In this document: piece after piece, positions 11,777 through 26,696 of the stretch
How the letters are laid out: every line of letters begins with the position of its first letter
How positions within the stretch are numbered: position 1 is the stretch's first letter
Source: the human T2T-CHM13v2.0 reference genome, Homo sapiens
Direction: 5' to 3' (one strand)
Assembly (NCBI RefSeq): GCF_009914755.1
Contig: NC_060934.1
DNA length: 64,000 bases
Made by a program: the position numbers and the translations under genes
The notes under the pieces: model-generated
Told to the model about the DNA's origin: nothing
Database searches by the model: none
Seen by the model: the letters and a program-made list of their open reading frames with translations, nothing else

Positions 11777-13874
11777 CAAAAATGGGAATTGGTTTTGAAA
11801 ATGTTTGAAATATCATAGAAGTTGTGAAATTTCACAGTGTTGAACTCAGCTCCTTGCATTCCTAGGCTAACCTCTAAATGCATCAGGAACTAAATTTTGT
11901 TTAATACATGCAGGAATACAACTTGTGAATATTTGATCTAGGGTTAATCCAGCTTGGGACTTTAATTTTTATTTATGGACGGACTCTTTCACTTATCTAT
12001 TTCCAGTTTAGCACTTGTATCAGTTATACAACCATTTCATGGTTCCTGTGTATACCACATTGTTTTCAATGAGTTGAGTCAAATTGGATTGTATAAGCAT
12101 AAATTGTGTCAAATGTTAGGGAATTACAAACTAGTAAAAATGTGAAAATAACCCAGAAAACATTACGAGCTTGTTTTAAATTATGGGGTTTTTCCCTTAA
12201 TTTCCCAAGAAATGCTTTGTAAAAATTATCTCTTGTGTACATTGATAAATCTATTTGAAACATCTATTAATATTTTACCTCTCCACATTAACTTATGGGG
12301 CAATTTTACTCTAAAGCATTTTTAGCACATTCTTAAAGGACACTACGAAAATATGAACCACACTGCTGCTTTCTATAGTGTATAAGAGTTCCATTTTTCT
12401 TCCTCAGTGAAGTCTTAGTATAAAACTAATAGTGACACAATGTTATAATCAGATGTTCTTCTACTCCTAAAACAGTTTATCATTCTATTTCATATTATAT
12501 TATTAAGTCATAGGATGCTACAGAATTAATCTTAAGTGTTTCTGAAAATCATGTATAAATTTTACCGTGCAGATTTAGAATTAAATGATGCATTTTAAAA
12601 AGTATCTAACAAATTGATAAGCATATATGTTTACATTTTTAAAGATAATATCACTAAACTTAATAAATCTAGTCCTTGATTATTCTTTCTCCTGTGTATA
12701 GTGCAGGCCATGGTTTGGAAGTCTCCATGAAAACACCATTGCACATTTGAAAAATAATTACTGTTTCATGAAACTGCTGAAAATTGCATTAACCCTGGAC
12801 ACAGTTTATCAGGTGAAATTGTTGTTTAGTTCACTTAAAATAATTCCAGCTGCACATAAAGATCTTGAACTTTAGCCTCTTATGACTATTTAGCTTAATT
12901 TTTAATCTTATAATACTAAGTTTTATTGGAAAAAATCTCATTACTATGCCTACTGGCACCAATACAGATTCATAGCCTCTTACCTCATTGGACCATTATT
13001 TTACTTGCTGCTTGTCTGATTCTTCTCTTATGCCACATCTTTTCCACGTTTTCAGTATGTACTGCTTTCTACTCATCTGACCCCTTTTCATTAGCTGATG
13101 ACATTTTTCTCTGTGTAGTCAGAGAAGTACAAACTGTTATACATAACATCTCTTCGGTTTACATAATCTGGTCCAATTTAACTCTTATACAATTCCATTT
13201 TTTTTAACTCTTAAGAAATGGACTATTCTCGCTCTTCTCTAAAACAGTTATTGATCTATGCATTAAATTTTGTTTCAAACCCTATTATTCTGAAAATTTG
13301 TTCCCCTGATTATTTCCTCTCTCTCCTTTAATTTCAACATTAACATTTCTCTGTTTGACATGTTAGTTTATGCGTCTGTGGTGTTTTTTGTATAGATTAT
13401 GTGGTGGTAATATAGTGTGTACAGATTATGTCCCAGCACACCACTAAGAGCCACTTGCCTCCAATAAAGTCTACTTCATCTGAAACTGATCAACACATTT
13501 TAAGCTAATTTACATATATATAACTGAAATTGTATTGGTGGTAGTAGCTAAGGCAAGTGTACACCAATCATATCCAGCACAAAAATATTAGGATTCATTA
13601 AGTATAAAAACCCTGAGTTTTTATGGCTCAATGACACAGCTGTCAATGTGGGTTGCCTGCTGTGCCTTCACTCTCTTAGCACTGCAAGGTGAGCTCTCTA
13701 TTCAGGAAGTCTACATCTCACTTTATGAAAGGTTATGGCAGATCAAATGCATAGTGAGAGCCACATCAAGTGCAAAAGAGATCAAGCACTCCACATTTGA
13801 GATGACCAATAGACCATCACTGACCTTCATCTACATATTTAGGTACTGTGGCCATTTATCCCTACCACAAAGAA

Positions 13875-13875
<1 letters not shown>

Positions 13876-13923
<48 letters not shown>

Positions 13924-13927
13924 TGTA
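13876..13927. repeat. (TG)n microsatellite
   Basis: direct reading. Confidence 0.95.
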
Positions 13928-14479
13928 TAGAACATACTGAAAGGAAAATTTATTTTAGATATATTTTGTTGTTTTATTTTGGATGTTTCTTTATTATGTT
14001 AAATAATTCTCCAAAACATATAAGGAATTTAAAATGGCTACCAGTAGTTGGTTTTCACATTTTATGAAGTGAACCTGATTAATTGTAGGTTTTAGACATT
14101 TTAGCCTAAAGTTCTGCCTCCTTCCTTTTAGTCTGAAAGTAAATTTTACTTTGTTCCTTCTTAACATAGGTCCTCATTAACTCTTCTTTTTGCTTTACCA
14201 TAATTTCTGGCATTACAGACTACCTCCATTTCCACAACTTCCAATTGGGGAGGGTTGCTTTACCACATTCTCAATAATATCTTGCAGTCCACAACCCCTT
14301 CACCATCATCTAATAAGGACATTAATGTTTTCTCAATCTTATGCAAAGTGCTGTATAAATACAATTCCAAGCCGTGTCAACTGCTCCACAAGGGTTTGCA
14401 GCAATACAGCTTCTGATATGTAGAAATTAAGGAGATCCCAGTGCTTCAACTTATTTAAGTAAGTAAGCATCCACCCCAC

Positions 14480-15180
14480 TTCAGAAAATGTTTCAGTTAA
14501 TATCAGCAACATCTTTTTACCTGTTGAATCAAATGGCTTTTTAAAATTCTCCTCTTTAGCACTGATTATTTAAGTAATTCACCATAAAATTCTTCTGCTC
14601 TGTGTTTTAGATTATAACTCTTTCCTAATTCCTCATTTTTGACAGTTTCTTTTTAGTTGATTACTCTTTTTCAAGTTGTGTAAATAAGCATGCAATCACC
14701 AAGACTCCATCTTTAATATTTTCATTTCCCACTCACATTCTATCCTAGAAATCTCATTCAGTCATAGAAATTTAACTTTTGCTTGTATGGTGAACATTCC
14801 CTGATAAATGTTTGTAATGAGCTATAGTACCCATGTATGTAAAGTTCCTGGAGGAATTTCAAACTCATAAAGTCCCAATCAAGCACTAATTTTCTCCTCT
14901 AAAATATCTCTTATTTCCAATCATGTTATAAATTGGGAAACTATAGAAATAATAATAATATTTTAAACTTTTTTTCTTCAGTCTCAGATCCAAATTTTCA
15001 TACTGTTCTCTTAGTATTACCTCTGCAATATCTCTAGAGTCTAAAAATCAATATTTATTTCCACTACCACCATCTTAATGAGTTTTTGACTGGATAATTA
15101 CTGTTGTAGCCTAACTTCTTCTTCCCTTGTATGTATTTCTTTTGCCATAAGCCTTATTATTAAAAACATAATTATAATTA
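14480..15180 (+). mobile_element. diverged L2 ORF2/3' fragment
   Basis: pyrimidine-rich L2 motifs (AATCAAATGGC, ATCTCATTCAGTC, CCACTACCACC). Confidence 0.5.
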
Positions 15181-15452
15181 TACTTTTTTTAAGCTAAAAA
15201 GTTCAAGCATGTATTAAGCAACTACTATTTGCATGTCACTTTTCCAGACAGCTCCATATGCCTTAAAGATATCTCTGGGATGCTATTTGTATAATTCAAA
15301 GTCCTACCTTGTCATATACACACACTATTATAGAATTATTAATTTTCTCTAGCCTCTCAAATTTGGCAAATCCCATTGTGCACATGCATTTATCACAGAA
15401 TAAAACCCCACACATGCACATATACACATCTTGTTAGTGGGGGCTTCATGTC

Positions 15453-15826
15453 AGATATGGTTAGACTTTGTGTCCCCACCCAAATCCCCTCTTGAATTGT
15501 AATCTCCAATTGTTCAAGGAGAGACCTGATGGGAGGTGATAGGATCATAGGGGCAGTTTCCCCTATCATATTCTCATGAAAGTGAGTGAGTTTTCATGAG
15601 ATCTGATGGTTTTATAGGAGCTTTTCCCCCTTCGCTTTCTATCACATGCTCTCTTGCCTGCTTCTATGTAAGATGTGACTGTTTCCTTTACACCTTCCAC
15701 CATGATTGTAAGTTTTTTGTGGTCTCCCCAGCCATGCAGAGCTGTGAGTCAATTAAACCTCTTCTATTTATGAATTACTCAGTCTTGGGTAGTATTTTTA
15801 TAGCTGTGTGAAAATGGACCAATACA
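15453..15826 (+). mobile_element. THE1D-like MaLR solo LTR
   Basis: GATATGGTTAGACTTTGTGTCCCCACCCAAATC...ATTAAACCTCTT...AATACA. Degenerate 5-bp TSD ATGTC/GTGTT. Confidence 0.9.
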
Positions 15827-16029
15827 GTGTTTAATTTAAATATGCCAGTGTTTGAATTTTTTAAAGCCATATTTATTTGGCTATTATTACTGCTATCATC
15901 ATACTCTACAGCTGTATATTTTGCATTATTGATAATTTCTAAACTACTTTTAAAGAACACAGTTTTTTTAAAAAAAATCAAGTTTAGATCTACTGCATTG
16001 TTCCTGAACCCCAAGTCACAAAATTAGCA

Positions 16030-16880
16030 TAATATTTTGATTTAGGCTAGGCTTCTGGATGAATCAAATACAAAATCATGCTAAAAAGATACACTTACAA
16101 CCCAAACACAAGGGATTTTCATAGGGAGAAATAAAGGAAAATAATCCCAATCAAACATGATCTTGTAACTAAACATTATAAGACACAAAAATAATCAATA
16201 TTCATTTCTTGAAGTCTATTTATCAGACAAAGTAAATAGTAGGGGTAATTGGATCTCAATAATGTATATGTGAGTAGAATATAAAATGATTATGTTTATA
16301 ATAATTATATAAATTAGTTAAATAATTAAACCATTTATAAGAAAAGAAAAACAATCTTTAAAAGGACAAGCAGATTGGGAAGTAACAGTATACTCATTCT
16401 AGAAATGTTTTTTAAAATATTGAAAAGAAAAACATAAAATGATATATTAGACCCAGAGGAAGACTATATCCACTGAAAGATAGATGTTGAAAACCATTTT
16501 ATAAGGCAGTCTAGAGAAATAAAGAGATGGAAAAGATGTGAATGTTAAGAAATAATGTCCTTGGATTCAGGAAGCATGACAAGTTCTGAGGAACAAAATA
16601 AAAATAAATTCACACCTAGAAATGCCAGCAAATCTTTAGGATATCAAAAGCATGTCGTCACTTTTAAAAGTAAAAAGCTTGAACACCAGTCTAAAAACCA
16701 TCATTTGAAAAGCAAAAATCAGATACCAAGTAATATTAAAATATTTTTAAAATGTGAGTAAAAATAAATATCAATACAAGACTATATACTCTATTAAGTT
16801 ATCAATAAGAATAAGAAAGAAAAACTAAAAACATTTTTGTTGAATAATAGAAAAGTTTTAGAAATGTAGGACCTATGGAC
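16030..16880 (+). mobile_element. old L1M/HAL1 ORF1-like remnant
   Basis: A-rich, AGAAATAAAGAGATGGAAAAGATG and ATAAATTCACACCTAGA ORF1-type motifs. Confidence 0.5.
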
Positions 16881-17384
16881 CCATTTTTTCATGAATTTTC
16901 TATTACTATCAGTGGTAGGGTATTAGATTATTATTAACACTTAACTAAAATTGTTAGACTAATAAAACATTTCATTATTTTTATTTCAAACTCAATAGCA
17001 CCAGAGTAATGATCTATAATGTTGAAATTTTGTATTTTCCTGAAAATACTATAGTGAAATCTTGGGAAGAAATTCTTTAAAACAGTAATAGAGCTTCCTT
17101 GATAAATGTTGATAAGAGATATGAGACAGGAAAGCAATCTATACACCTAGCATACATGTTTTATATATGTCTATTGTAGCATTTTTTCCACAATGTAGCA
17201 TGATTATTTGTTCACAGGTCAGTCTGTTTTTTGAAGATGTCTTCATTTAAAATTAGTATTGGTATTTGTATGTTACATAGAGTAATACATAAACTTTAAT
17301 TTATAATGTTCTTTATATAGTATATGTTCTCTCCATAGTGTTTTCATGAAATCGTTAATCAAGTTTTTAGATATGTAATATTAT

Positions 17385-18414
<1,030 letters not shown>

Positions 18415-18890
18415 TTCTTTGCATTTAACATACAAAGAAACTGAAATTTATAAGCATAATTTATTGCACAAGTTGACATGGTAAGTTGTACAGGAGTGAG
18501 TCAGGTCTTCTAACTCTTAATTCAGTGTTCTGTATACTTTACCATAAATCTCCATGGACCTAATGATTTTGCTCTCATGTTATATTGTAAGACATATTTT
18601 ATAAATAGGGTGTTTTTAATAGAGAATTTTAATGAATAATTATTTAAATGTAGTATACATATATATAAATATGCCTGAAATATTTTTTAGATCAGCTGTA
18701 ATAAGCAATTTCTTTAACTTGGTTTTATTGTCTTCCCATTAAAAAATAATTTAAAATTGTGGATGGCTACGTAACATTGCAAAATATTTTACTCCTAGAA
18801 TATCTCTTACTCATTCAACAATTTTTTAATTGTCTTCTTATGTTACTTATTGCAGTGCCTATGGGACTTAGCTACATCCCACCTGGCTTT

Positions 18891-19475
18891 TGTTGCCTAA
18901 TAAAATGCCTACATGACATAGCTGAATTCCTACTTAGCCTTAGCTCTACTTATTTTTAGGAAACCAATGTCTGTGGTCAGAAGTTCTTTCTTATGACTAA
19001 ACCAGTCAGCGCTGGCAAAATTCACAGTGGCAGCTTACTCAACCTCTGAAGAATATCTAACTTCATTATAATCCAATTTCCATACTAAATTACATGTCAC
19101 CTGGCACCATGATAGTAGACTATCACCATGACAATGACTGAGAGAGACTAAAAAAAGGACAGAAAAGAGGTGACTCCCTGATTCCAGAAGAATCTCCATA
19201 TTTTCCCAAGAAAAGCATAAATATTGCCCCCCTTGCTTTTAACACCCAACTATTTTATTAAAGATACCCTGTATCTATAGCTTCTTGGTTCTTGGGAGCT
19301 GAGAAGTAGATGTGGGAGCTGCACTCCGACTTCTCTGTTTCAGGCCATCAAATAAAGCCCATGCTGCTCAGTGCCCACTTAGTGTTTCCCGTATTTGCTT
19401 TGTGACAGCAAACAGGAAAGAGCTCACCTATTCAGGTAACTGGGATCTTCAGGTAACTGGGATCACCAGGTAACA
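18891..19475 (+). mobile_element. ERV1 solo LTR, MER66/MER41-related, inserted in L2
   Basis: TG...CA termini, CTTCATTATAATCCAATTTCCAT and CACCATGACAATGAC motifs, AATAAA, TSD CTTT/CTTA. Confidence 0.75.
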
Positions 19476-19915
19476 CTTACTGAATATTGAAGGTTACTAG
19501 TTAAAGACACCAGTCCTATCATCACATGTTAATACACACTAGCAGAGCAGATAGTATCTATACAGACGCCCATCATGATGAGCAAAATAGAAGAGATCTA
19601 TCGTAAGAGAGACCACCATAGATAGAATTCTTATGGAAATTCAAAGAACAGTAGGAGTCTTTCTGGCTAGGGTATCTGGTAATGCTACATGAATAGGTAG
19701 CATTTAGATGAGGGGAAAGAACAAAGGTACAGAGGTGACTACATAATTGCAGGAGTGTAAAGATCAGAAGCATGCCAAGTCCAGTTTGAGGCAATGTACA
19801 ATGAGTAAGTAGAATTAAATATAACAGTGAAGACACATTGTGGAGACCGAGGGCCAGGTCATAGTGCGCTAATGCTTTCAGATTGTATTTGAAAGCCAGT
19901 GGAAAATCATGACTA
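19476..19915 (-). mobile_element. L2 remnant (continues from ~18810 before the LTR)
   Basis: CTCATTCAAACAA tail before the LTR, purine-rich L2 motifs after it. Confidence 0.5.
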
Positions 19916-20044
19916 GATGTATGCTACCAGTGTGGATATCATATAGCACAGAGAATTATAGCAGGCTTATTTTCTAAAACAGACTTAAAGCTTTTATATT
20001 TTCTATGTTTCTTCCCCAACTTCCCTGTATGGTATAATAGCAAG

Positions 20045-20170
20045 AGTCATAATGCAGTGGAAAGAACTCTGACTTTGGAAGAAAACTTGATACTATTCCT
20101 CTTCTTTAATGTATTAACCAAAAGTATGTTAATTTCTCAGTGTCCCTGTTTCTACATCTGTAAAAGAAAA
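20045..20170 (+). mobile_element. MIR fragment
   Basis: GTGGAAAGAACTCTGACTTTGGA...CTGTTTCTACATCTGTAAAA. Confidence 0.7.
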
Positions 20171-21035
20171 AATGTGGAAAACATCTGTCAAGAAAGCTCC
20201 AGGATCTGAAGTCTAAGGAATCACTAAGAAATGTACTGATGAAAGAAAGGAAGTAAATTATTCTCTGATTGTCACAACTGTTAGCATTCCAAATATATCA
20301 AATAATTTCTACCACTGATTCTATCTCAAAATTATTTCTAACCCAAATTAATAAGAGATGTGTCTGGGAATATGAATAAATTAATTACTTGTGCGAACCA
20401 GATTAAAATGACAACTGTGCTTAACCATTAGGTCTATAATTTTCTTTTTCGCCACTTTTTTTCTGCTGTATTTATATCCAGGTGACTTTCCACTTCATTT
20501 CTCAAGTGTTAAGTATTGAACACTAGTAAATTCTGCAACTGCTTCCACTCCCAACTCATGCAATCTTTACTGAATACCTCTTGAGACTGCACACATTTAT
20601 AACAGCCTATTCTTTTTTTTAACCTCTTTTTGACCTTTCTTAAGTTTCTTGCGTTAGAACTAACCAGACTCACCTTTACTATTTATTTTGACTGACAGAC
20701 TGACCATGTGGGAATAAAGCAGCAATGACTCTCCCAAAATTCTCTTAACATTGTCTATTTTACTTTACACGAAAAATTATTCCTGTCTTAGGTATTTTAA
20801 TACCAATATCATGTTTCTTGTTTTGTTTTGTATGTTTGTTTCACGTTTTTTCCAGATCCGTGCCTGTATAGAACCACCACAAAATGTGTAACATTGAATG
20901 ACATTTGAGATTAAGAAGGCAACAATAATATTATGTATCTATTATAAAGAAGAATGCCACAAAAACTCCCTGGGACCCTCTGCTCATTATATTTATAATG
21001 CTGCAAGGAGGAACTTAAATGATCATTTTTGCACC

Positions 21036-21316
21036 TTATTATTATTTTTTAATTGGAGACAGAGTCTTGCTTTGTGGCTCAGGCTGGAGTGCGGTGGCAC
21101 AATCTTGGCTCACTGCAGTCTTGACCTCCTGGGCTCCAGTAATCTTCTTGCTTCAGTCTCCCAAGTAGCTAAGTCTACAGGCATGTGCCACCATGCCCGG
21201 CTAATTTTTGTATTTTTTGTAAGACGGGGTTTCACCGTGTTGCCTAGGCTGGTCTCAAAGTTCTGAGCTCAAGGGATCTGCCTACTTTGGCCTCCCAAAG
21301 TGCTGGGATTACAGGC
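21036..21316 (-). mobile_element. AluJb-like, lacking ~20 nt at its 5' end
   Basis: antisense dimer. TSD TTTTGCACCTTATT/TTTTGCATTTATT. Confidence 0.93.
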
Positions 21317-24300
21317 TTTTGCATTTATTCTCATGACTAGTTAAGGCCAGAGTGGTAAATTCCTGTGTGCAACTAGAAATTAACACTAGAATATGTCAGG
21401 GTAAAGGAATGGGTACCGCTGGGGTTCTTATATCAGCTTCAGATTCTTATGCAAGGCAGGCAATCAGAATTGAAGAAATGACTGAGATTAAAAAATAAGG
21501 CATAAACCAATATTTGACAATTATTTTTATTTCCTGCTATTCTGAGAAATGGATTTTATAGTCAATGATTTTCTAAGGAAACGAGAGCCAAGCCAGCACC
21601 AAAACCTCACAGCTCTGACAACGGTACCTTTTGAATATTCCATTTCTGAAATTTTATTTAAAAACTTAATTTCACATATAACCTACAGATCTTGGTATAC
21701 AAAGGTTTTCAGGCAAAAATTTGTTAATAATACCCACGAAGTGAATAATTTTTGGCGGAAAACCTCGGTGAGGACTCTGTCAGAGAGGAGTTGAGCTTCA
21801 GCACAATGTCCTGAGGCTTCCTTTAAGCTACTACAAAGGGTCATTTGACCTAAACTACTTCAAAGGCTCAGTCATCAGGCATTCACCCTATTAACGTTAC
21901 ATGATCTCTCCAGACGTTAAAATAAATAAAATACAAAGTATTGAATAAAATATTTCTTACAAAAGAAAATTGTGATTCTGCATTGAATTTAGGTTGAAAT
22001 GCTAAACATGAGTGAGTAACAAGAAAAGAGAGAAATTATTATTAGGATTACAAAACAAATGCTTTGCCAGAGTCTTGATTTTCAAGTAATTTGAGGGACA
22101 TTGTGGAATATAGAAGCTTCTCTTTCTTCTTCCATAAAGAAGTGAATAAGTAATACTATTATTGTTGCATATATAAGTCAAAATAGATTCATTAGGATCA
22201 TTAATGAATGTTGAATATTCAAAAATGCAACACGAATACTAGCAATTTCAAAGCTGGTAAATAATATTCCAGATGTATGCATGCATTAGTTTTCTAATAC
22301 TTTCTGCACAAAGAAAATGAGGAAGGGCCTTTTTTCTCTTAGGAAATTAACACCAGTACAAAAAGAGGCCATCTCTGGAAATGTGCCTGAAGATTTAGAT
22401 GAAACTTCCACTAGCTACTAAATGTGGCTTTTTCAGGCCTATATTTCAAACATGTCCACTGTCTCTCTGGCATTTTCAGTTTGTTTTCATGTATTTAGAT
22501 ATAAAAAACACAAAGAAGAAAGAAAAATCATTTATAATTTTACATCCAAAACATAACCCCTGCTAAACCTATTGGTGTATTATTATTAAACCTATTTCAG
22601 GGAGATTTTTATTCCTATTGACAGTGAGGGTATATAATTCTAAATAATTCAAAATTTAAAATACTTACTTGTAGCTATTTTGTAAATGTCATTATGAAAG
22701 GCTAAAACAATACTTAATGCTATGGATTTTATATAAGTTGATTCAGTCATCATACATTTAAAATGTCTTCAGTTACCAGGCAGCTAATATAGAAAATAGA
22801 AAGGAAAGGAATTTTTATTAAAAATATTGTGCAAGCATATTTAGGAGGAATTATGCTTACAGAGTACCAGTTTAAAATTCCTGAGCTTTTCGATGTTCCC
22901 CAATTTTTAATAATTTAGTTTCTCTCTCTCTCTTTTTTTGATGAAATGATGGCACAATTTATGTTTTTATACAAAAATCTATTTTCCAAAATTTAGTTTT
23001 CTTAGAATTTATGCATCATAGTCTTACTACATCATCAGGTGTAAGAATATTTAAGATTTACGAGTTATATGACCAAAGTGTTTTACACAAGAGTTGTATA
23101 CATTTATATTATATCAGTAGTTCACAGATTCCTGTTTCAATATATCCTTGCCAGTATTACTATTTTTAAATAATCATTCTTAAGTAAATTATATTTTAAA
23201 TTTAATTTCTTTCACTATTAATTATGACTTTTCTATATTTACAAACTTTTGTGTTTTTCCATTTGTGGATTTTTCTATTCACAACTTTTTATCCGTTTTC
23301 ATGTAATTTTTAAAAATGTAGATAGTTTAATGTCATTCCCTAGGAGAGAAATTTTCTCCATATTAAAGGATACACAATGAAAAAAAAAAACCTTCATAAC
23401 ACAAAATGTGCTCTAAAGAGTCTATGATTTTAAAAAAGGCAAGGAATTATTTTATAAATGAAAACTTAAAATATTTATCACAGTGTAGAATTATTTAACC
23501 CAAAGCAAATGACTGTATTTAAGGAGAGTAACGTGTTCTAAAAGGTCATGGCTTTTCTGTAATCTTCTGAATATAATAAATATTAATACATTGCTGTGAG
23601 GCTACTGTATGTGTATGTCACCATTTTGTAAACTAACAAATATTTGTTACAAATAAAATGACAAGTCCGAAATATAATGAATAATGGGAAAGGGGAAGGT
23701 GGCCAGTAATATTAATTTATTAAAAATTTGTGGTATTTGACAATCAAATCATTTAATTTAACAAAATTGTGAATCCATGACTGAGTCAGGCAACTGAATG
23801 CTTGCAAGTTATTTTTTCTTCTTTCAAGAAGCTCAAAGTAATTTCTGGGAAAAATAAAAAAAAAACAGACAAATTATTCTCTGCAGCTGTTAGTTTGCAT
23901 AGAAGAATGATTGTATAAGCATGGAGGAATATGTCATTTTGGAGGGGAAATGGTTGGTATAAACAAATAAAAAATAATTAAAAATGCCCTTTTCTAGATG
24001 AAATATTGAAAGGAAAATCACCATGATTGCTATTTGTTATTAAAGACACACATAATATTTTTTTAATTAATTCAAAATGAAATAAAGACATAATTCTTCT
24101 CTCTTAGGGCTTCAGGCAAAATTGAAAGAAAATGAGATTTTCTTAGAAAAATATCTAGAGAAAATGACCTACCTCAGAACAAATGATGTGTAAAACTAAG
24201 TAACTAATTGACTACTTAAATAAACACAGGAATCTACAAAGCAGTTCTAGAAAAATCTACGAAACATATATTTCATAATACATGCTTAGTAGAACATTTA

Positions 24301-24929
24301 GTAGAATATATGAGTGTAGATTATTTAGTAAAATATTTAAAAATATATGTTTAGTAACATTTTGCTAGAGCAGTTTATGTTTAATAATGTATGTTTAGTA
24401 TAATTTTTCTTGTGATCACCCAGGTGTTTATTTTATATTTGGGTAGTGATAAAGAGGACAAACATTGTGACATGGAGTCGGTCCTTTTAAAGGAATTACA
24501 AAAATGCTACTGAGATTGTGCTAAGATTGTACTAAAAGTTCTATAAATAGCTCAAAGAAGCACTTTCTCCATAACTCTTTCTTGTGCCTACTGTTCAATA
24601 TTGTGATTGCCTATGAATATGTCACTCTCCTCCTGTACTACGAATTCCTTGAAGGCAAAATCTAAGTCTTGACCTAATTCACCTGCACTTTATGCCAGTA
24701 CACTCAAAGGGGATGTGTGGATGGCAGGAAGGCAGCCTGGCAGGAAACAATTACAGAGCATGAAGAGAATAGATCAAATGCAAAGCAGAATTCTGTGCAA
24801 AACAGAATTCTCTGTTTTCCTGCTTTACGTTATTTACTTTTGCAAGCCTCTCCTTGGCTGTGGAACTTCTTTTCTCTGTCATTCTTCTTCGATGATTTCA
24901 CAGTATCAAAGGCATCTGCATTTTGGCTT

Positions 24930-25582
24930 ATTAGTAACTTTCAGCGAAGGTTACTTGGACTACTGCAACACTTTTCTAAATGCTTTCCCTTCTGCCTTTG
25001 ATTTTCCACAGTTGTTTATCCACCTAAATCGGATTATGCCTTTCCTCTTAGAAGACTCTAATGGCTTCCTATCTGATTCAAGGTAAAAGCCAAAAATGTG
25101 CCATGTCCTTCACATTCTCCTTTTCTATCTTTTCCTGCCTCTGCTGCCACTGTCCATCTCCTTCATTATGCACTGGTCTCCTCACTATTCGCACTGTTCG
25201 CAGAACTTGATCCCAGAGTGGGGCCTCCACCTTTGCTGTTTCCTCTTCCTTAAATACTCTTCCCCAGATACCTATATCGCTTTTCCTCATGTGTATGTAG
25301 GTCTCTGCTTTAAGATAACCTGAATTAAGTGTTGCCTGATACTCTGAAATAGCAGCCCACTCTATCACTAGCCCACCATGTCCACTCTAATCTGCTTTAT
25401 TTTTTCTCATGTCACTTAACATTTATCATCTTCTGTGACACTCAGGTCTCTCCAGTGGTGTATGTAAGCTCCATGAGGGCAAATTTAATGTTTTGTTAAT
25501 TGCTTTATCCACAATGTCTAGAATAGTATCTGTCAGTCAGTGAGCACAGAAAAATTTTTTGAATGCATATGTAAATGAATAA
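24930..25582 (+). mobile_element. L2a 3' region
   Basis: TGGACTACTGCAA...AATGGCTTCC...TGTAAGCTCCATGAGGGCA...AATGAATAA tail. Confidence 0.85.
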
Positions 25583-25832
25583 GAAAGGAGGGCTTATCTC
25601 TTGTATTCAGAATCATTCATAAATTTCAATGAAGTTTTGCTCAGATGCCTTTTTCTTCTCCAGTACACATGCTTTTCTAAAAACACTCTTTTCTCTACAG
25701 TCTCAAAGGGGCTTTAAAATCTCCTTCTGTTGCAAAAGCTAAAAAAAACTGTGCTTCATCAACATTGATGTGAGTCAGAAGTATGTGCTTCCTGTGAAAA
25801 AATGTCATCAACAGCATCACAACAGCCACCAC

Positions 25833-25978
25833 CAATAACAACAGCTAACATTTGCATAGTGGGAGAACGGGCCCTGTTCTAGCTGCCTTACAGATATTGA
25901 CTCACTTTATCTTTACAAACATTTGTTAATTATGTACTATTATCAGCCCTATGTTACACATGAGGAAAGGAGGCACAA
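25833..25978 (-). mobile_element. MIR
   Basis: AACAGCTAACATTTG...TACTATTATC...ACACATGAGGAAA. Confidence 0.75.
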
Positions 25979-26030
25979 TATGGGGTGCATTTCTTTCTTT
26001 CTGTTTTTTTAACATTTAAAACTTGCTGTC

Positions 26031-26680
26031 TTTACAGCTTTATTGAAGTATAATTGACATATGATAAATTGCACATACTTAAATTGTACAATATGATACA
26101 TTCTGGCATATGTATATACCTGTGAAAATATCACCGCAGTCAAGGTAATAACAGATCCATCACCCTTCAGTTTTCACATCCCTTTTTGAAATCCCTCCCC
26201 TTCACTCCTCCCACCAGATCCTTAGGCATCCACTGCCTTGATTTCTGTCACTATAAGTTACTTTGCATTTTCTAGAAATTTACATAAATGAAATAATTCA
26301 GCATGCAGTCTTATCTGTCTGTCTTCTTTCACTCAGCATAATTATTCTGAAACTCATCCATATTGTATTGATGTGTCATTCTTTTTTATTGTTTATAATA
26401 TTCCTTTATTATATTTTTTAATATCTGTTGATACTTAGTGGTGTCAGCTGTCTCATTCTTGATATTAGAACATTGTGTCTTCTTTCTTTTTTTCCTCAAT
26501 CAGTGTGGCTGGGGATTTATCAATGTTACTGATCTCAACAAAGCAGCTTTTGGCATCATTGATTTTCCCCTATTGTTTTTCTGTGTTCTATTTCATTGTT
26601 TTATGCATTGATACATATTATTTCCTTTCTGCTGTTTTCTTTGTTTTTCAGGTGGTAACCAAGGTTACTGAGTTATGACT
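26031..26680 (-). mobile_element. L1MC/L1MB-like 3' end joined directly to an ORF2 segment
   Basis: ACAGCTTTATTGAAGTATAATTGACATA 3' terminus. Switches at ~26392 to ORF2-type sequence (TTTATCAATGTTACTGATCT...CAGCTTTTGG). Confidence 0.75.
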
Positions 26681-26696
26681 TTTATTAAAAAAAAAA

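Larger units (their letters stand above)
8430..12000 (-). mobile_element. ancient L1ME-like element, fragmented by later insertions
   Basis: antisense ORF2/3'UTR motifs (CTAGAAATAGAATTGCT, TTCCAAATTGCT, ACCACTGTTAATAATTT). Confidence 0.6.

Noticed and set aside
15596-15811. Similar MRSDGF/MRSDEF ORFs here and at 28433
   Set aside because: The similarity comes from both being THE1 LTRs.
19203-19212. TTC-N4-GAA STAT-like motif in the MER41-related LTR
   Set aside because: The canonical GAS (TTC-N3-GAA) seen in interferon-responsive MER41 copies is not present. A single weak match is not evidence.
24285-24405. Repeated TTTAGTA units resembling a spaced array
   Set aside because: Degenerate AT-rich tandem repeat with irregular spacing in a mammalian context, not CRISPR-like.
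24715-25368. Cluster of overlapping 75-123 aa ORFs
   Set aside because: They lie largely in an L2 3' region with no recognisable protein motif.
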